Shown: positions 9,630-18,714 of the stretch, in pieces | How the letters are laid out: each line of letters opens with the position of its first letter | Position numbering within the stretch: position 1 is the stretch's first letter | DNA from: Bdellovibrionales bacterium | Lineage (GTDB): Bacteria; Bdellovibrionota; Bdellovibrionia; Bdellovibrionales; CAYMLA01 | Direction of reading: 5' to 3' | DNA: 64,000 nt | NCBI GenBank assembly: GCA_965217115.1 | Contig: OZ244239.1 | Span: 768,001 to 832,000, forward strand | Translations under genes and position numbers: made by a program | The notes under the pieces: model-generated | Databases searched by the model: none | Told to the model about the DNA's origin: nothing | The model's input: the letters and a program-made list of their open reading frames with translations, nothing else

Positions 9630-9896
9630 ATGAAAAAAGGAAACTCTATAGAAAAACTCTTCAGTGTTTTAGTCATCGGTGGTGTTCTCATGGCTGGCTC
9701 AAATGTAATTGCTGACGAGACAGAAAAACACTGTCAACAAGAGCTTGTTCTGAGAAAATATACCCCTCTAGGAGATGTGCTCTCATCCAAAGCAACCTGT
9801 CTTGATGGGAAAAGCGACGATGAAGTTCTAACTCTTCTTGCAAAAAATAAAGAAGACACTTGTTTGAGCCCTTTTTGTGGGTGCTGGTTAGGATAG
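9630..9896 (+). CDS. Small exported protein ending CLSPFCGCWLG (candidate precursor peptide)
   Basis: AAGGAG RBS, hydrophobic N-region, 5 Cys, 7 bp upstream of the ferritin-like gene. Confidence 0.8.
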   Translation: MKKGNSIEKLFSVLVIGGVLMAGSNVIADETEKHCQQELVLRKYTPLGDVLSSKATCLDGKSDDEVLTLLAKNKEDTCLSPFCGCWLG

Positions 9897-9903
9897 ATAG
9901 TCT

Positions 9904-10671
9904 ATGGGGGGGGAACCGTCTATGAATAAGAAAAAATCTTTATTGATCGCGGAAGCTTGGGCTCAAAGAGCCCAAGCTGAGCTTGGTGCTGAAGCTCGTT
10001 TTCAGCTATTGAGTGAACAATTAAATAATGCCGGAAGCCATGAACAAGTTATCTATTTGTCGAAAAAGGCTCAAGAAGATGAGAGACGTCATGCCCAGTT
10101 ATGTGCCGAAGTCGCCCGAGAATATGGCCATAAAACTGGATTTGAAAAAATAAAAAGAACCTCGCAAAACTTGGAGAAAAGCTGGTCAAAGAAAGAGTCT
10201 TTTAGGGATAGGTTACTTTGCGAAGTGACCTTGATGTGTTGTATTACAGAAACCTTCAACGCGAGTCTTCTAAATACAATTTATAAAAATGTCTCTTCTA
10301 ATTCCTCTAGAGGTAAAGTTATTCACGAAATATTGAAAGATGAGGTGAAACACAGCCAAATAGGCTGGGCCCATTTGGCTTTTGAAAGTCAGAAAAAAGA
10401 CTGTGGCTTTTTGGCTGAACACCTAGAGGAGATGTTAGAAATTTCAGTCAATGATGACCTGTTTTTGCCTGTCGTAGAGAGTCACGAACTTGAGGATACA
10501 TTTTCCCATGGTGTTATGCCAGTTGAACAGCGGTTGGAGCAATTTGAAACGACTCTCAAACAAGTGATCGTACCTGGATTTCAGGAATTTAACATAGACA
10601 CACATCAAATTGAAAAATGGCTGAAAGGCAAGAAGTCACCCCATGGAGAGATGGTATCACATTACCCCTAG
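9904..10671 (+). CDS. Ferritin-like domain (di-iron four-helix) protein
   Basis: E...DERRH and E...DEVKH paired motifs (RAQAE, AQEDERRH, CCITET, ILKDEVKH). Start may be ATG 9922. Confidence 0.85.
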   Translation: MGGEPSMNKKKSLLIAEAWAQRAQAELGAEARFQLLSEQLNNAGSHEQVIYLSKKAQEDERRHAQLCAEVAREYGHKTGFEKIKRTSQNLEKSWSKKESFRDRLLCEVTLMCCITETFNASLLNTIYKNVSSNSSRGKVIHEILKDEVKHSQIGWAHLAFESQKKDCGFLAEHLEEMLEISVNDDLFLPVVESHELEDTFSHGVMPVEQRLEQFETTLKQVIVPGFQEFNIDTHQIEKWLKGKKSPHGEMVSHYP

Positions 10672-10727
10672 TAACGCTTTGCGTGGTGCTTTATACTCTC
10701 TCAAAATGATTGTAAGCCCTGCTTCCT

Positions 10728-10743
10728 TGGTACAAGCCTTGCT
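10728..10743 (+). promoter_or_regulatory. Sigma54 -24/-12 promoter
   Basis: TGGTACAAGCCTTGCT, GG-N10-GC, 40 bp before ATG 10783. Confidence 0.7.
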
Positions 10744-10782
10744 TAAATAATTGGTTTTATCCACAAAAAACGAGGGGGAAAC

Positions 10783-11349
10783 ATGAAAAAATGGTTATCG
10801 TTTAGCATTGCTCTTATAACGCTCATGTCTGTGTATTCTTTTACTTCTGCACTAGAGAAAACAGCAGTGACAACAGTCGTGAAAAAATCTACCAAAACAG
10901 TGCAAGAAAAGAGCAACTTCCAGGGGAAAGTAAAAAATCTTGTTGATGGTTATTACCTTAAATTAAAACCTCATGTTTTTTCCATGGAAATAGCAACTTC
11001 TAGACATAGAGACAGAGATCATTGTAATGACAGAACATCCCCAAGTTGTTTTGATGTTGCCTGTTCTTTAGTAGATCCATGGGACTGCGATGACCTAGAG
11101 GAAGTGACTCGCCTTCAACGCGACTGTAGAGGGAATTACAATGGGTTATGCCTAAAAACTCTTTGTTCTAAAGTCGGTTTCTTCGGCTGCGACGATATAG
11201 AGGAGATTGCCCCGTTGGCCGCAGCATGCATTGGTAATATTGATGGTTCCTGTGTGGAATCAGTCTGTTCAAAGTTAAATCCTTTCGACTGCGATGACGA
11301 AGATGAGGTTATTCTCGTTGCCAAAAGTTGTAGTGGCCGTCATCGATGA
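10783..11349 (+). CDS. Secreted Cys-rich protein with three ~34-aa repeats
   Basis: Signal peptide; repeat CxxxxCSxxxx(F/W)xCDDx(E/D)ExxxxxxxCxG three times. Confidence 0.85.
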   Translation: MKKWLSFSIALITLMSVYSFTSALEKTAVTTVVKKSTKTVQEKSNFQGKVKNLVDGYYLKLKPHVFSMEIATSRHRDRDHCNDRTSPSCFDVACSLVDPWDCDDLEEVTRLQRDCRGNYNGLCLKTLCSKVGFFGCDDIEEIAPLAAACIGNIDGSCVESVCSKLNPFDCDDEDEVILVAKSCSGRHR

Positions 11350-11428
11350 ACTTGTAAATACAGAATTCTAGGCAGGTGACCAACACCTGTTCAAAAAATC
11401 ATTACTCAAACTAAACAGGGAGAAAATT

Positions 11429-11674
11429 ATGAAAAAAATTATTGTCGCATTGACTTTATTGACCTCGATCACAGCTTTTGGAGATATTACTCCTAAAACA
11501 TTGGCCTATGTTTGCAACCGAATTAGTTCTGGGCGTTTAACAGTTCAATGCTTTAAAGCTGGACAAAATTCCTATCTGGATCAGTTAGCTCTTGGGGCCT
11601 GTGACAGAATTAGTTCAGCTGAAGATACTATCAGTTGCGTTAAAAGTATTGCCAATAGGAGGGACTTACCTTAG
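11429..11674 (+). CDS. Short secreted Cys-repeat protein, probably 3'-truncated
   Basis: RBS, signal peptide, two C(N/D)RISS...C repeats. Confidence 0.6.
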   Translation: MKKIIVALTLLTSITAFGDITPKTLAYVCNRISSGRLTVQCFKAGQNSYLDQLALGACDRISSAEDTISCVKSIANRRDLP

Positions 11675-12183
11675 CAGTCCCAAAGGGATATAAATTTGAC
11701 TATCTATACAACGATGATACTGGAGATTATGAGCCTATTTTTACAGCGAATGGTCGTGGGAAACTAATAGTTGTTAATAGCAAGGGAAAAGTCGTAGTTG
11801 CCGGGCTCAGCTCCATCACAGAGAGAAAGCCGCCAACAAGTATAGATTTTTTAGTAAAGTCCATTAAAAATTCTAGAAAGCACCTAGGTTATCACAAGAA
11901 TAAGACAGTCTCAACTGAAGTATTTGATAGGATGGACTCTAAAACTAGTCGTGGCATCGCAATTTCCGTGAACAGGATACTAGGGTATTATGATATGTCT
12001 ACTGAAGAGGGACATTTTATGTCAGCTCTTCGTGCTGAAATACAAAGAAGAGGCCTGGAAACCTGTCAAAATACCAAAAGTAAAAAATTGAAACCAATAC
12101 GTGATGCTATACAGGATTTGAAGGGGAAAAAGCAAATGACTGGAAATCCTCTTGATCGTCTGAAGACAGGCTCAATAAAATAG
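11659..12183 (+). pseudogene. 5'-truncated gene fragment
   Basis: Frame of the listed 11932-12183 ORF is open back to 11659 with no start codon or RBS. Confidence 0.55.
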
Positions 12184-12282
12184 ATCCCAAATTTTTAACC
12201 TCTAGGTAAATAATCAGTCCTCAGCTGACAACTAGGGCTTGAAACACAAAGGCAATGGGGCTATTCTCATTGGATAATTTAG

Positions 12283-12963
12283 GTGTTTTTACTAGAGAGG
12301 TTTTTTTTGCAAATCATAAAATTATCTTCATTAACCTGTCTGGTTTTGGTTCTAACAGGTTGTACTATTTTTGGACCCATTCAAAGTCATGACCTAGGTC
12401 GTTCCTTAGGGGGAGGCAACCATAATTTTCACTTTAGTGCTATTGTCACTGTTGACGAAAAAGAGGAGGGTAATGGTATAGGGGCTCTTCCGAGTTTTCG
12501 CTATGATATCGGAGTGAGTGAAAATTTAGACTTGGGCTTTCAATACGAACTTCTTAGCTCTGGCATTCGTGGTAAATACTCTTTTTTGAACAATAAAAAA
12601 GGGCTTTCTGCATCGATGTCCCTAGGTGCTGGCTCTAGTTCTGGTCTTGCTGCGGTCGGCTTCTATTACAATGCTACGTTGGCTACAAGCTATAAGGCAG
12701 ACTCTTGGGAACCCTTTTTGAATTATCGTTTTACTTATGTGGATATAGCTAGTGATGGCGAAACGACTTCTGAAGGGCCTTTTGGATCAGATATTACATT
12801 TGGCTCTGATGATGGTTATGGCCAAATTTTCTTGGGAACCAAGTACTGGATCACTGAAAAATTTGCTCTCTCTATGGAAAGTAACTATTTTGCGTTGCCA
12901 AAAAAGAAAGAGTTTGGTCCGGAGAATGTTTTGTTCTCTGTCGGAATTGATTGGAGATGGTAG
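12283..12963 (+). CDS. Outer-membrane beta-barrel-like lipoprotein
   Basis: Lipobox LTGC, alternating beta strands, C-terminal Trp; TTGAAA-17-TATTCT promoter at 12239-12267; start possibly TTG 12307. Confidence 0.7.
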   Translation: MFLLERFFLQIIKLSSLTCLVLVLTGCTIFGPIQSHDLGRSLGGGNHNFHFSAIVTVDEKEEGNGIGALPSFRYDIGVSENLDLGFQYELLSSGIRGKYSFLNNKKGLSASMSLGAGSSSGLAAVGFYYNATLATSYKADSWEPFLNYRFTYVDIASDGETTSEGPFGSDITFGSDDGYGQIFLGTKYWITEKFALSMESNYFALPKKKEFGPENVLFSVGIDWRW

Positions 12964-13080
12964 TCCCTCTTTAAGGGACATTGGGACAGCCCCCAGCGCT
13001 GGCTCCTCTTCCTTCAATGGGGGCTGAAGAGTGAGAACAAAACAATTCTTAACAAACGTTTTGAGAACATTCAAAAAAAG

Positions 13081-14979
13081 CTACGGCAGAAGTCCATTCC
13101 TTTGTTTCTTGATGCGATAGGAGACTTTTCTAAACAAGCCCATTCCATTGGGGCCAGTTATGCCATCCCTGCCCACAATTCCTGCAATTCGTCGACGCAT
13201 GATTTTTCCGCCAGGAAGATATTTTTTTAAGTTAAAACGTGATCTCTTTCCATAGGCTCCCCCCGTAGTCGTCCCTTGACGATAACCGTAGGGTGAAGAA
13301 TTTCCTTCGCCACCCGAACGGCGGCTTCCATAAAAACCACTGCCAGGCCCTTTTCCTCCCGAAGAAAGCCCTGACCGACCTCCACTTGAAGAAGCCGAAG
13401 ATCCATAGCCTGGAGCTCCGCCACTACCACCGCCTGGGGCTCCGCTACCGCCCCTACGCTGAAGAGATTTACTGGGCGATCCCTTCCCTCCACCTCTATT
13501 GGCTGCCATGTTATCGAGCCCGCTTGGTCCTCCAAGGGAGTCGCTTCCAAAGTTCTTCATATCCTTATCTATCTTTGACGAAATTTCACTATTTCCAGCT
13601 CCCACGCCTTTGCCTACTCCCGTATCTCCAAAACCCCCACCAGGCGTAGTCGCCTTAAAACTACCAGCACAGATTGGGTCCCGTGGATTCACAGCACAGA
13701 TACACGTCATCTTTGATGCGTTCGCTGGGTCTTCGCAGTTAACACTTTCATCGAGTTTTGCCACATCATCTGATTTGGTTTGAGCCTTACACACTTGTGC
13801 TATAGCAATGCTTCTGGCAAGACCAACTCCTGACTCTAAAACTTTGTCCAGCGTGAGGTTCTGGCTCACGCAAACTTTGCTGTTTTCTTCGATTTCTTCC
13901 TTCTTCGTTTCTAAAAAAGCTATTTCATTTTTTTCTTTACAGAACCAGCCATCCTCTTCGTTTATTTTATTTATTTGAGCAGCCGTACAGCTTGCAGTTA
14001 CTGAAGGAACTTTTGTGCAAAAATCTTCTTTCCCTACCACGCGTCTCTGAGCCTCTTGGCAGGTGTTCTCACAGCTAGATATACCTGCCGTACAAGCTGT
14101 TTTATAAGCTGCTACAGCACTTTGGGCAATTAACAAAGTGTTTGACATTTTAGAGCAGGCGGCAAAAATACTCACCGCATCGGTAATTTGAGACAGCTTT
14201 TTTGTGACTTTATCGTCTACCTTGCCCCCTCCTTCCTGCAGATATTTATTAGAAGGTTTACAAATATTTTGAGTTAAGCTTTCCCTCTCTTTTTTACATC
14301 CCACGATTGAACTGTTTAAGTCTACCTGAGCTTGTTGATCAAAATCTTTTCTGCAACTGTTTGCCACTTCTTCATCTTTTTTATCTTTATCTCCCTTAGG
14401 GTCACATTCTTCGTCTTCACTGTTAAACCCAGTACATTCATCGTTGCCCTCATCTTGCTTATCCTCTTCACAACTATCAAAATGACCATCTATGAAATGC
14501 ATCGTCTCACATTCTTTGGCTTTAGGAACCCTAGAAATAGCCACAATCTGCGAGTTTCTATTGTGACAGAACCCTCTATAATATTTCCACTCTCCCTTAA
14601 GCCCTTCACACTCCGTCCTGTATGCTCCGCACCCCACAAAAAACTTATTGGAATCAAAGCTTCTAGACCAATCTTCATTGCAATCACTAAACTCTGACAT
14701 ACGTGACAGGGGGACCATGTAGCCATCACCCATGCAATTTTTCCTAGAAGGGTCCAAAACCCACCCTTGAGCAGTACAAAGCTCCATACCTCGGGTAAGG
14801 TGGTCTTTAAAATCATGGCTACCAGCCAAAGCCTGACCAAAAAAAGAACAGAATCCAAAGGACAATAATAAAAACGTCATTAATGGAAGCATCATTAATT
14901 TTTTTAAATTGCCCCCAAAGACTCTCTTCGATACGTAACTCAACATAAGAAAGGCCCTCCCCCTCCGAACAAAACCCAT
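13081..14979 (-). CDS. Large secreted Cys-rich protein with Gly/Ser-rich C-terminal region
   Basis: 632-aa ORF, hydrophobic signal region, many Cys, low-complexity GS tail; real start probably downstream of 14979. Confidence 0.8.
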   Translation of the reverse strand: MGFVRRGRAFLMLSYVSKRVFGGNLKKLMMLPLMTFLLLSFGFCSFFGQALAGSHDFKDHLTRGMELCTAQGWVLDPSRKNCMGDGYMVPLSRMSEFSDCNEDWSRSFDSNKFFVGCGAYRTECEGLKGEWKYYRGFCHNRNSQIVAISRVPKAKECETMHFIDGHFDSCEEDKQDEGNDECTGFNSEDEECDPKGDKDKKDEEVANSCRKDFDQQAQVDLNSSIVGCKKERESLTQNICKPSNKYLQEGGGKVDDKVTKKLSQITDAVSIFAACSKMSNTLLIAQSAVAAYKTACTAGISSCENTCQEAQRRVVGKEDFCTKVPSVTASCTAAQINKINEEDGWFCKEKNEIAFLETKKEEIEENSKVCVSQNLTLDKVLESGVGLARSIAIAQVCKAQTKSDDVAKLDESVNCEDPANASKMTCICAVNPRDPICAGSFKATTPGGGFGDTGVGKGVGAGNSEISSKIDKDMKNFGSDSLGGPSGLDNMAANRGGGKGSPSKSLQRRGGSGAPGGGSGGAPGYGSSASSSGGRSGLSSGGKGPGSGFYGSRRSGGEGNSSPYGYRQGTTTGGAYGKRSRFNLKKYLPGGKIMRRRIAGIVGRDGITGPNGMGLFRKVSYRIKKQRNGLLP

Positions 14980-14985
14980 AGGGAC

Positions 14986-15013
14986 CTATCGGACGAAAGT
15001 CTGGTTTACTTTA
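14986..15013 (-). promoter_or_regulatory. Sigma28 (FliA)-like promoter
   Basis: Minus strand TAAAG-taaaccagactttcg-TCCGATAG resembles TAAA-N15-GCCGATAA (spacer 16). Confidence 0.55.
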
Positions 15014-15119
15014 GGTGCTTGTTTCCAGAGAACTTTTAAAAGGACAGCTCGAATCAAATCATCAATAAATACAAAGTGATTCATTTTGAGACACCATATA
15101 TTTTCCTTATTTTATGATG

Positions 15120-16778
15120 TTATTTTAATTCCCTCTTAAGACTGCTAGCACGTCTCTGCTGCTGAGAAGAAGATTCTTCAGAACCCCAGATGTCATCAAG
15201 CACAATCTTAAGAATTTTTCTATTTTCTATGCGAGCTGTTTTACGGGAGTGCCCTTCTTTTAAAGGTTTTATATTTCTTTCAATAATGTTCAAAGCCTCT
15301 TCTCTGTCCTCTTTAAAATACAAAGCATGTAGCACCTGGGCAATTGGCCTCGCCTGCTCTTTACGTTGTTGAGTCCCTTTGGAATTCCTATGTTTTTCAA
15401 TAAGATGATCGAGCTCCTTTAACTCACCACTCGTCGGATTAGATAATTCTCTCTTTAATAGTTCTGCCAGCTCAATAGCCACGGGGTTGTAAGGACTTGA
15501 TTGGGCGTTTGCCAATTGAATAATTCCCCACCTCTTATCATTAGGGTGTTCTTTTATGTACATGGTTAGAGTTTTTGTAACATTGCCCCGACTAAATTTA
15601 TGTGCCCTCGTCCAATCAATAAAATCTAAGGCATACTCTCGAGTGCCAAAAGTGTTGCTCTCAGTGGCACAAATCTTACAACTCAACTCAACAGCACGCT
15701 TACTTTTTTTAGAAGACGGGAAGCAGCAAGTCCCACAGGTGTAAGAGTATTCAATTCCATCTCCATGGAGAATACCTGCATTATGAAGAAACTCGTGGAA
15801 AACCGTTCTCATAACAGACTTTTCTGATCTTCCCTTGGCTTTTGGAGAGAGGGAAATAAACGGATGCCCTACATCATAACCAAGGCCGTTATAGTCTCTA
15901 ATTTTAAGACTAGACCCAGCTGAGGCATATCCTTTTTTTGGCCCCTTCCAATTACGACCCTTCTCATCGCACACAAGCTTCACGTCTCCTTCCTCAAGCA
16001 ACTCTCTCATATCTATGGCATTTCTCAAGGCTCCACTCACTGCGCCTTTACCATTTTTGCGTTGATACTTTTCTTGTAAATCCATCAAACACTGCAGCCC
16101 TGTGGACACACTGTTTTTTACAATATTTAATGCTTTTCTCTTACCCAATTTATCAAAGCAGTCTCTGTGTATGTTAAAACCAAAACCTGTGACATAAAAA
16201 TCCCCCTCTCTTGAGAGGTTGGAAATAACGCTCTTTGGAATTTTCTCTAACTGCCCACCCAATAAACCAAGTTGCTCTCGGCAATAGGCATCACTGTTTT
16301 GCACTAAAGTTAAAACATTACTAAAAGAAGACTCCATGGTGCCATTGAAATCCCTGTCTAATTTCGTCTGAATAACGATTTTATTAAGAGCTTTTACTTG
16401 TTTAAAAGTGTCTTTTCTATCAAATTTGCCGTCGAAATTTTTATCAAATTGAACTTCCTTAAAAATGTCATTTTTTATATCAGAATAATAATGAATCACC
16501 TTATCAAAACGCCCATCAAAGTTTAAATCCAACTCTCTCTGAAAACGAAACTTTCCCCTATAGGAATCAATTTGATCGACTTTTGAATCTCTGTTTAAAT
16601 CATAGCGAACTCTAGTAATGCCTTTGTTGTCAGTTGTTTTTTTAAGCACATACTGATCAAAATTATAGGCCTTCAAAAAACCGGCTTTAGCTCCCTTAGA
16701 ACTGGGTGACTTGGCGAAGAGACCGCCACCGTACATGGATGAAAAACAAATAACGACTTTACACAACGAACGAACCAT
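15120..16778 (-). CDS. Secreted zinc metalloprotease-like protein with N-terminal DxNxDG Ca-binding-type repeats
   Basis: DLNRDSKVD, DLNFDGRFD, DKNFDGKFD, DRDFNG repeats; HEFLHNAGILH (HExxHxxGxxH). Confidence 0.7.
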   Translation of the reverse strand: MVRSLCKVVICFSSMYGGGLFAKSPSSKGAKAGFLKAYNFDQYVLKKTTDNKGITRVRYDLNRDSKVDQIDSYRGKFRFQRELDLNFDGRFDKVIHYYSDIKNDIFKEVQFDKNFDGKFDRKDTFKQVKALNKIVIQTKLDRDFNGTMESSFSNVLTLVQNSDAYCREQLGLLGGQLEKIPKSVISNLSREGDFYVTGFGFNIHRDCFDKLGKRKALNIVKNSVSTGLQCLMDLQEKYQRKNGKGAVSGALRNAIDMRELLEEGDVKLVCDEKGRNWKGPKKGYASAGSSLKIRDYNGLGYDVGHPFISLSPKAKGRSEKSVMRTVFHEFLHNAGILHGDGIEYSYTCGTCCFPSSKKSKRAVELSCKICATESNTFGTREYALDFIDWTRAHKFSRGNVTKTLTMYIKEHPNDKRWGIIQLANAQSSPYNPVAIELAELLKRELSNPTSGELKELDHLIEKHRNSKGTQQRKEQARPIAQVLHALYFKEDREEALNIIERNIKPLKEGHSRKTARIENRKILKIVLDDIWGSEESSSQQQRRASSLKRELK

Positions 16779-16935
16779 ACCATATCATATGACTCTCCAT
16801 TATTTTTGTCGAAAACAAAACCTCTCCCTATGGAAATACCCAAGACTTTAGACTCGACATATTCAATCAATGCTTTAGACTAGATACCTTAAAATTAACT
16901 AACAACTTAATAAAAACCAAACTATTTATTAAGTA

Positions 16936-17523
16936 ATGAATAAGTTTTTTGTATATATACAATATTCCCTTTTACTTGCTATTATAAATGGATGCATGCT
17001 AGCACCTCAAGCTATCACTTTACGACCAATTATAAAAATACTCCCTAGCTTAATAGGAAACCATCAATCACTAACTTTAAGTATAATAGATGAGCGCCCT
17101 ACTAAAACTCTTGGTCTTCGAGGCGGAGATAGAGTTGCAGAAATTACCATTTTTGGTGACCTAGCTCAAGCAGTTAGAAATGCTTTAAAAAAAGAGCTTA
17201 TCTCTAGAAATTTTATTATCCCTAATAAAACAAGCAATCAAAGCAAAGAACTTCGTATTGAATTTAGATCGCTAAACTATAAAATAGAGTCAGGGGTATT
17301 TTCTTCTGTTCTAAAAATAGACACTGCTATAAAAGGGATTTGCAAATCAAAGGGCTTAAACATCTATGAGAAGATATACAGATCTGAGTCTCGCAAAAAT
17401 GTACAGGCCGTACAAACAAGTAATAATAATAGTAAAATAGTAAATATTGTTGTATCCAACGTAATCAACCAGCTACTTGCAGATATGAATATGCTAAAGT
17501 GCTTATCAAAAAAAAATCTCTGA
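16936..17523 (+). CDS. YajG-like lipoprotein
   Basis: Lipobox INGC; LSIIDERP...LG.RG pattern of YajG-family lipoproteins; very low GC. Confidence 0.7.
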   Translation: MNKFFVYIQYSLLLAIINGCMLAPQAITLRPIIKILPSLIGNHQSLTLSIIDERPTKTLGLRGGDRVAEITIFGDLAQAVRNALKKELISRNFIIPNKTSNQSKELRIEFRSLNYKIESGVFSSVLKIDTAIKGICKSKGLNIYEKIYRSESRKNVQAVQTSNNNSKIVNIVVSNVINQLLADMNMLKCLSKKNL

Positions 17524-17804
17524 TTTTAATTAAAAAGCTGCCTACTATCAACAGAAAAAGCTAATTTTAATCACAAACAAGTGTTTAACCAAGGCTACTC
17601 CCTTAACACTTCAGTCTGTTCCTCTATAGATACTCTGTTGTTCTCTTTTTCATGTTTAACTCTCTATATATAAATGCATAACATCATAAAAAAACCACTC
17701 TAGAGTGGCCTTCACAGCACGATTAAAATAAAAAAACAAAACCCTAACGACTACCTTCTCTCGGTGTAGCTTTCGCAGGTCGTGCTTTTGCACAGACTGC
17801 CATG

Positions 17805-17829
17805 AACGTCAGGGCCGCAGGCCAAATCA
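17805..17829 (+). repeat. 25-bp direct repeat F copy 1
   Basis: aacgtcagggccgcaggccaaatca, 24/25 identical to 18497-18521. Confidence 0.85.
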
Positions 17830-18119
17830 CTAGGCAGGCGACCAACGCCTGCTCAGAAAGACAATGAAAAATGAATGATTAAAAAAAAATGGCGGTGGTT
17901 CTGGCTCTTTTTAGCCTCTACCAACTCGCCGAGGGACGATTTTTCTTCCTCCCGATTCTGACATCTCTCTCCTTAGTAGGCTTCAAGCCATTTAAGAAAA
18001 GATTACACTCTACTCCTATTTTCAAGTATTTCCTCTCTAACTAGTATATAATCGCATTATAAACGAATCGAATAAATAAACCATTACTCATGTGAGTAAT
18101 ATAAATTTAGGAGGAAAAC

Positions 18120-18428
18120 ATGAGGAAGCTATTAATAGGGTTAATCTGCTTAAGTTCAATATCAGTTTTTGCTAATAATGACTGTATAGAGCGGGAATTA
18201 AATATGATGGATCAACAAGTTGAAGGTTTTAAAAAAGATATGGTCGAAAAGTATGGAGAAGACTCTGTAAACCAATCTGACCTTGAAGCATATAGAGATG
18301 ACCTTCAGAGCGTTGTAAAAATCAAGGCTAGAACTTGTTTAAAAATAGAAGTAAGAAATAACCCTTTTTCAAAAGTTCAATTTTCTACAGAATTTAAAGG
18401 GGTTCAGTTGTTTCCCATTCTTCGGTAA
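18120..18428 (+). CDS. Hypothetical secreted protein
   Basis: AGGAGG RBS, signal peptide ending SVFA. Confidence 0.75.
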   Translation: MRKLLIGLICLSSISVFANNDCIERELNMMDQQVEGFKKDMVEKYGEDSVNQSDLEAYRDDLQSVVKIKARTCLKIEVRNNPFSKVQFSTEFKGVQLFPILR

Positions 18429-18496
18429 TTTTTCCTTGAAAACTAGGTTTGTAACTAAGCTTTACACACAAAGAGAGCACTTTATGAGTGCTCTCC

Positions 18497-18521
18497 AACG
18501 TCAGGGGCGCAGGCCAAATCA
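18497..18521 (+). repeat. 25-bp direct repeat F copy 2
   Basis: aacgtcaggggcgcaggccaaatca, right after hairpin 18473-18495. Confidence 0.85.
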
Positions 18522-18669
18522 TTTGGTTCTTGAGTTTTAACCTTACTATTTAGGAACCCATGACTATTTATTGTCACAATTCACTTAATTTAGTCAGTTC
18601 CTTAGCTTTAAAAAAGCATATAGCACTAAAAAAAATTAATATTATTAGATAGTTAAAGACTATCCCACC

Positions 18670-18685
18670 TGGCATAAAAACTGCT
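18670..18685 (+). promoter_or_regulatory. Sigma54 -24/-12 promoter
   Basis: TGGCATAAAAACTGCT, GG-N10-GC, 30 bp before ATG 18715. Confidence 0.65.
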
Positions 18686-18714
18686 TTTAGATATGTATAT
18701 ATCTAGAGGTAACG

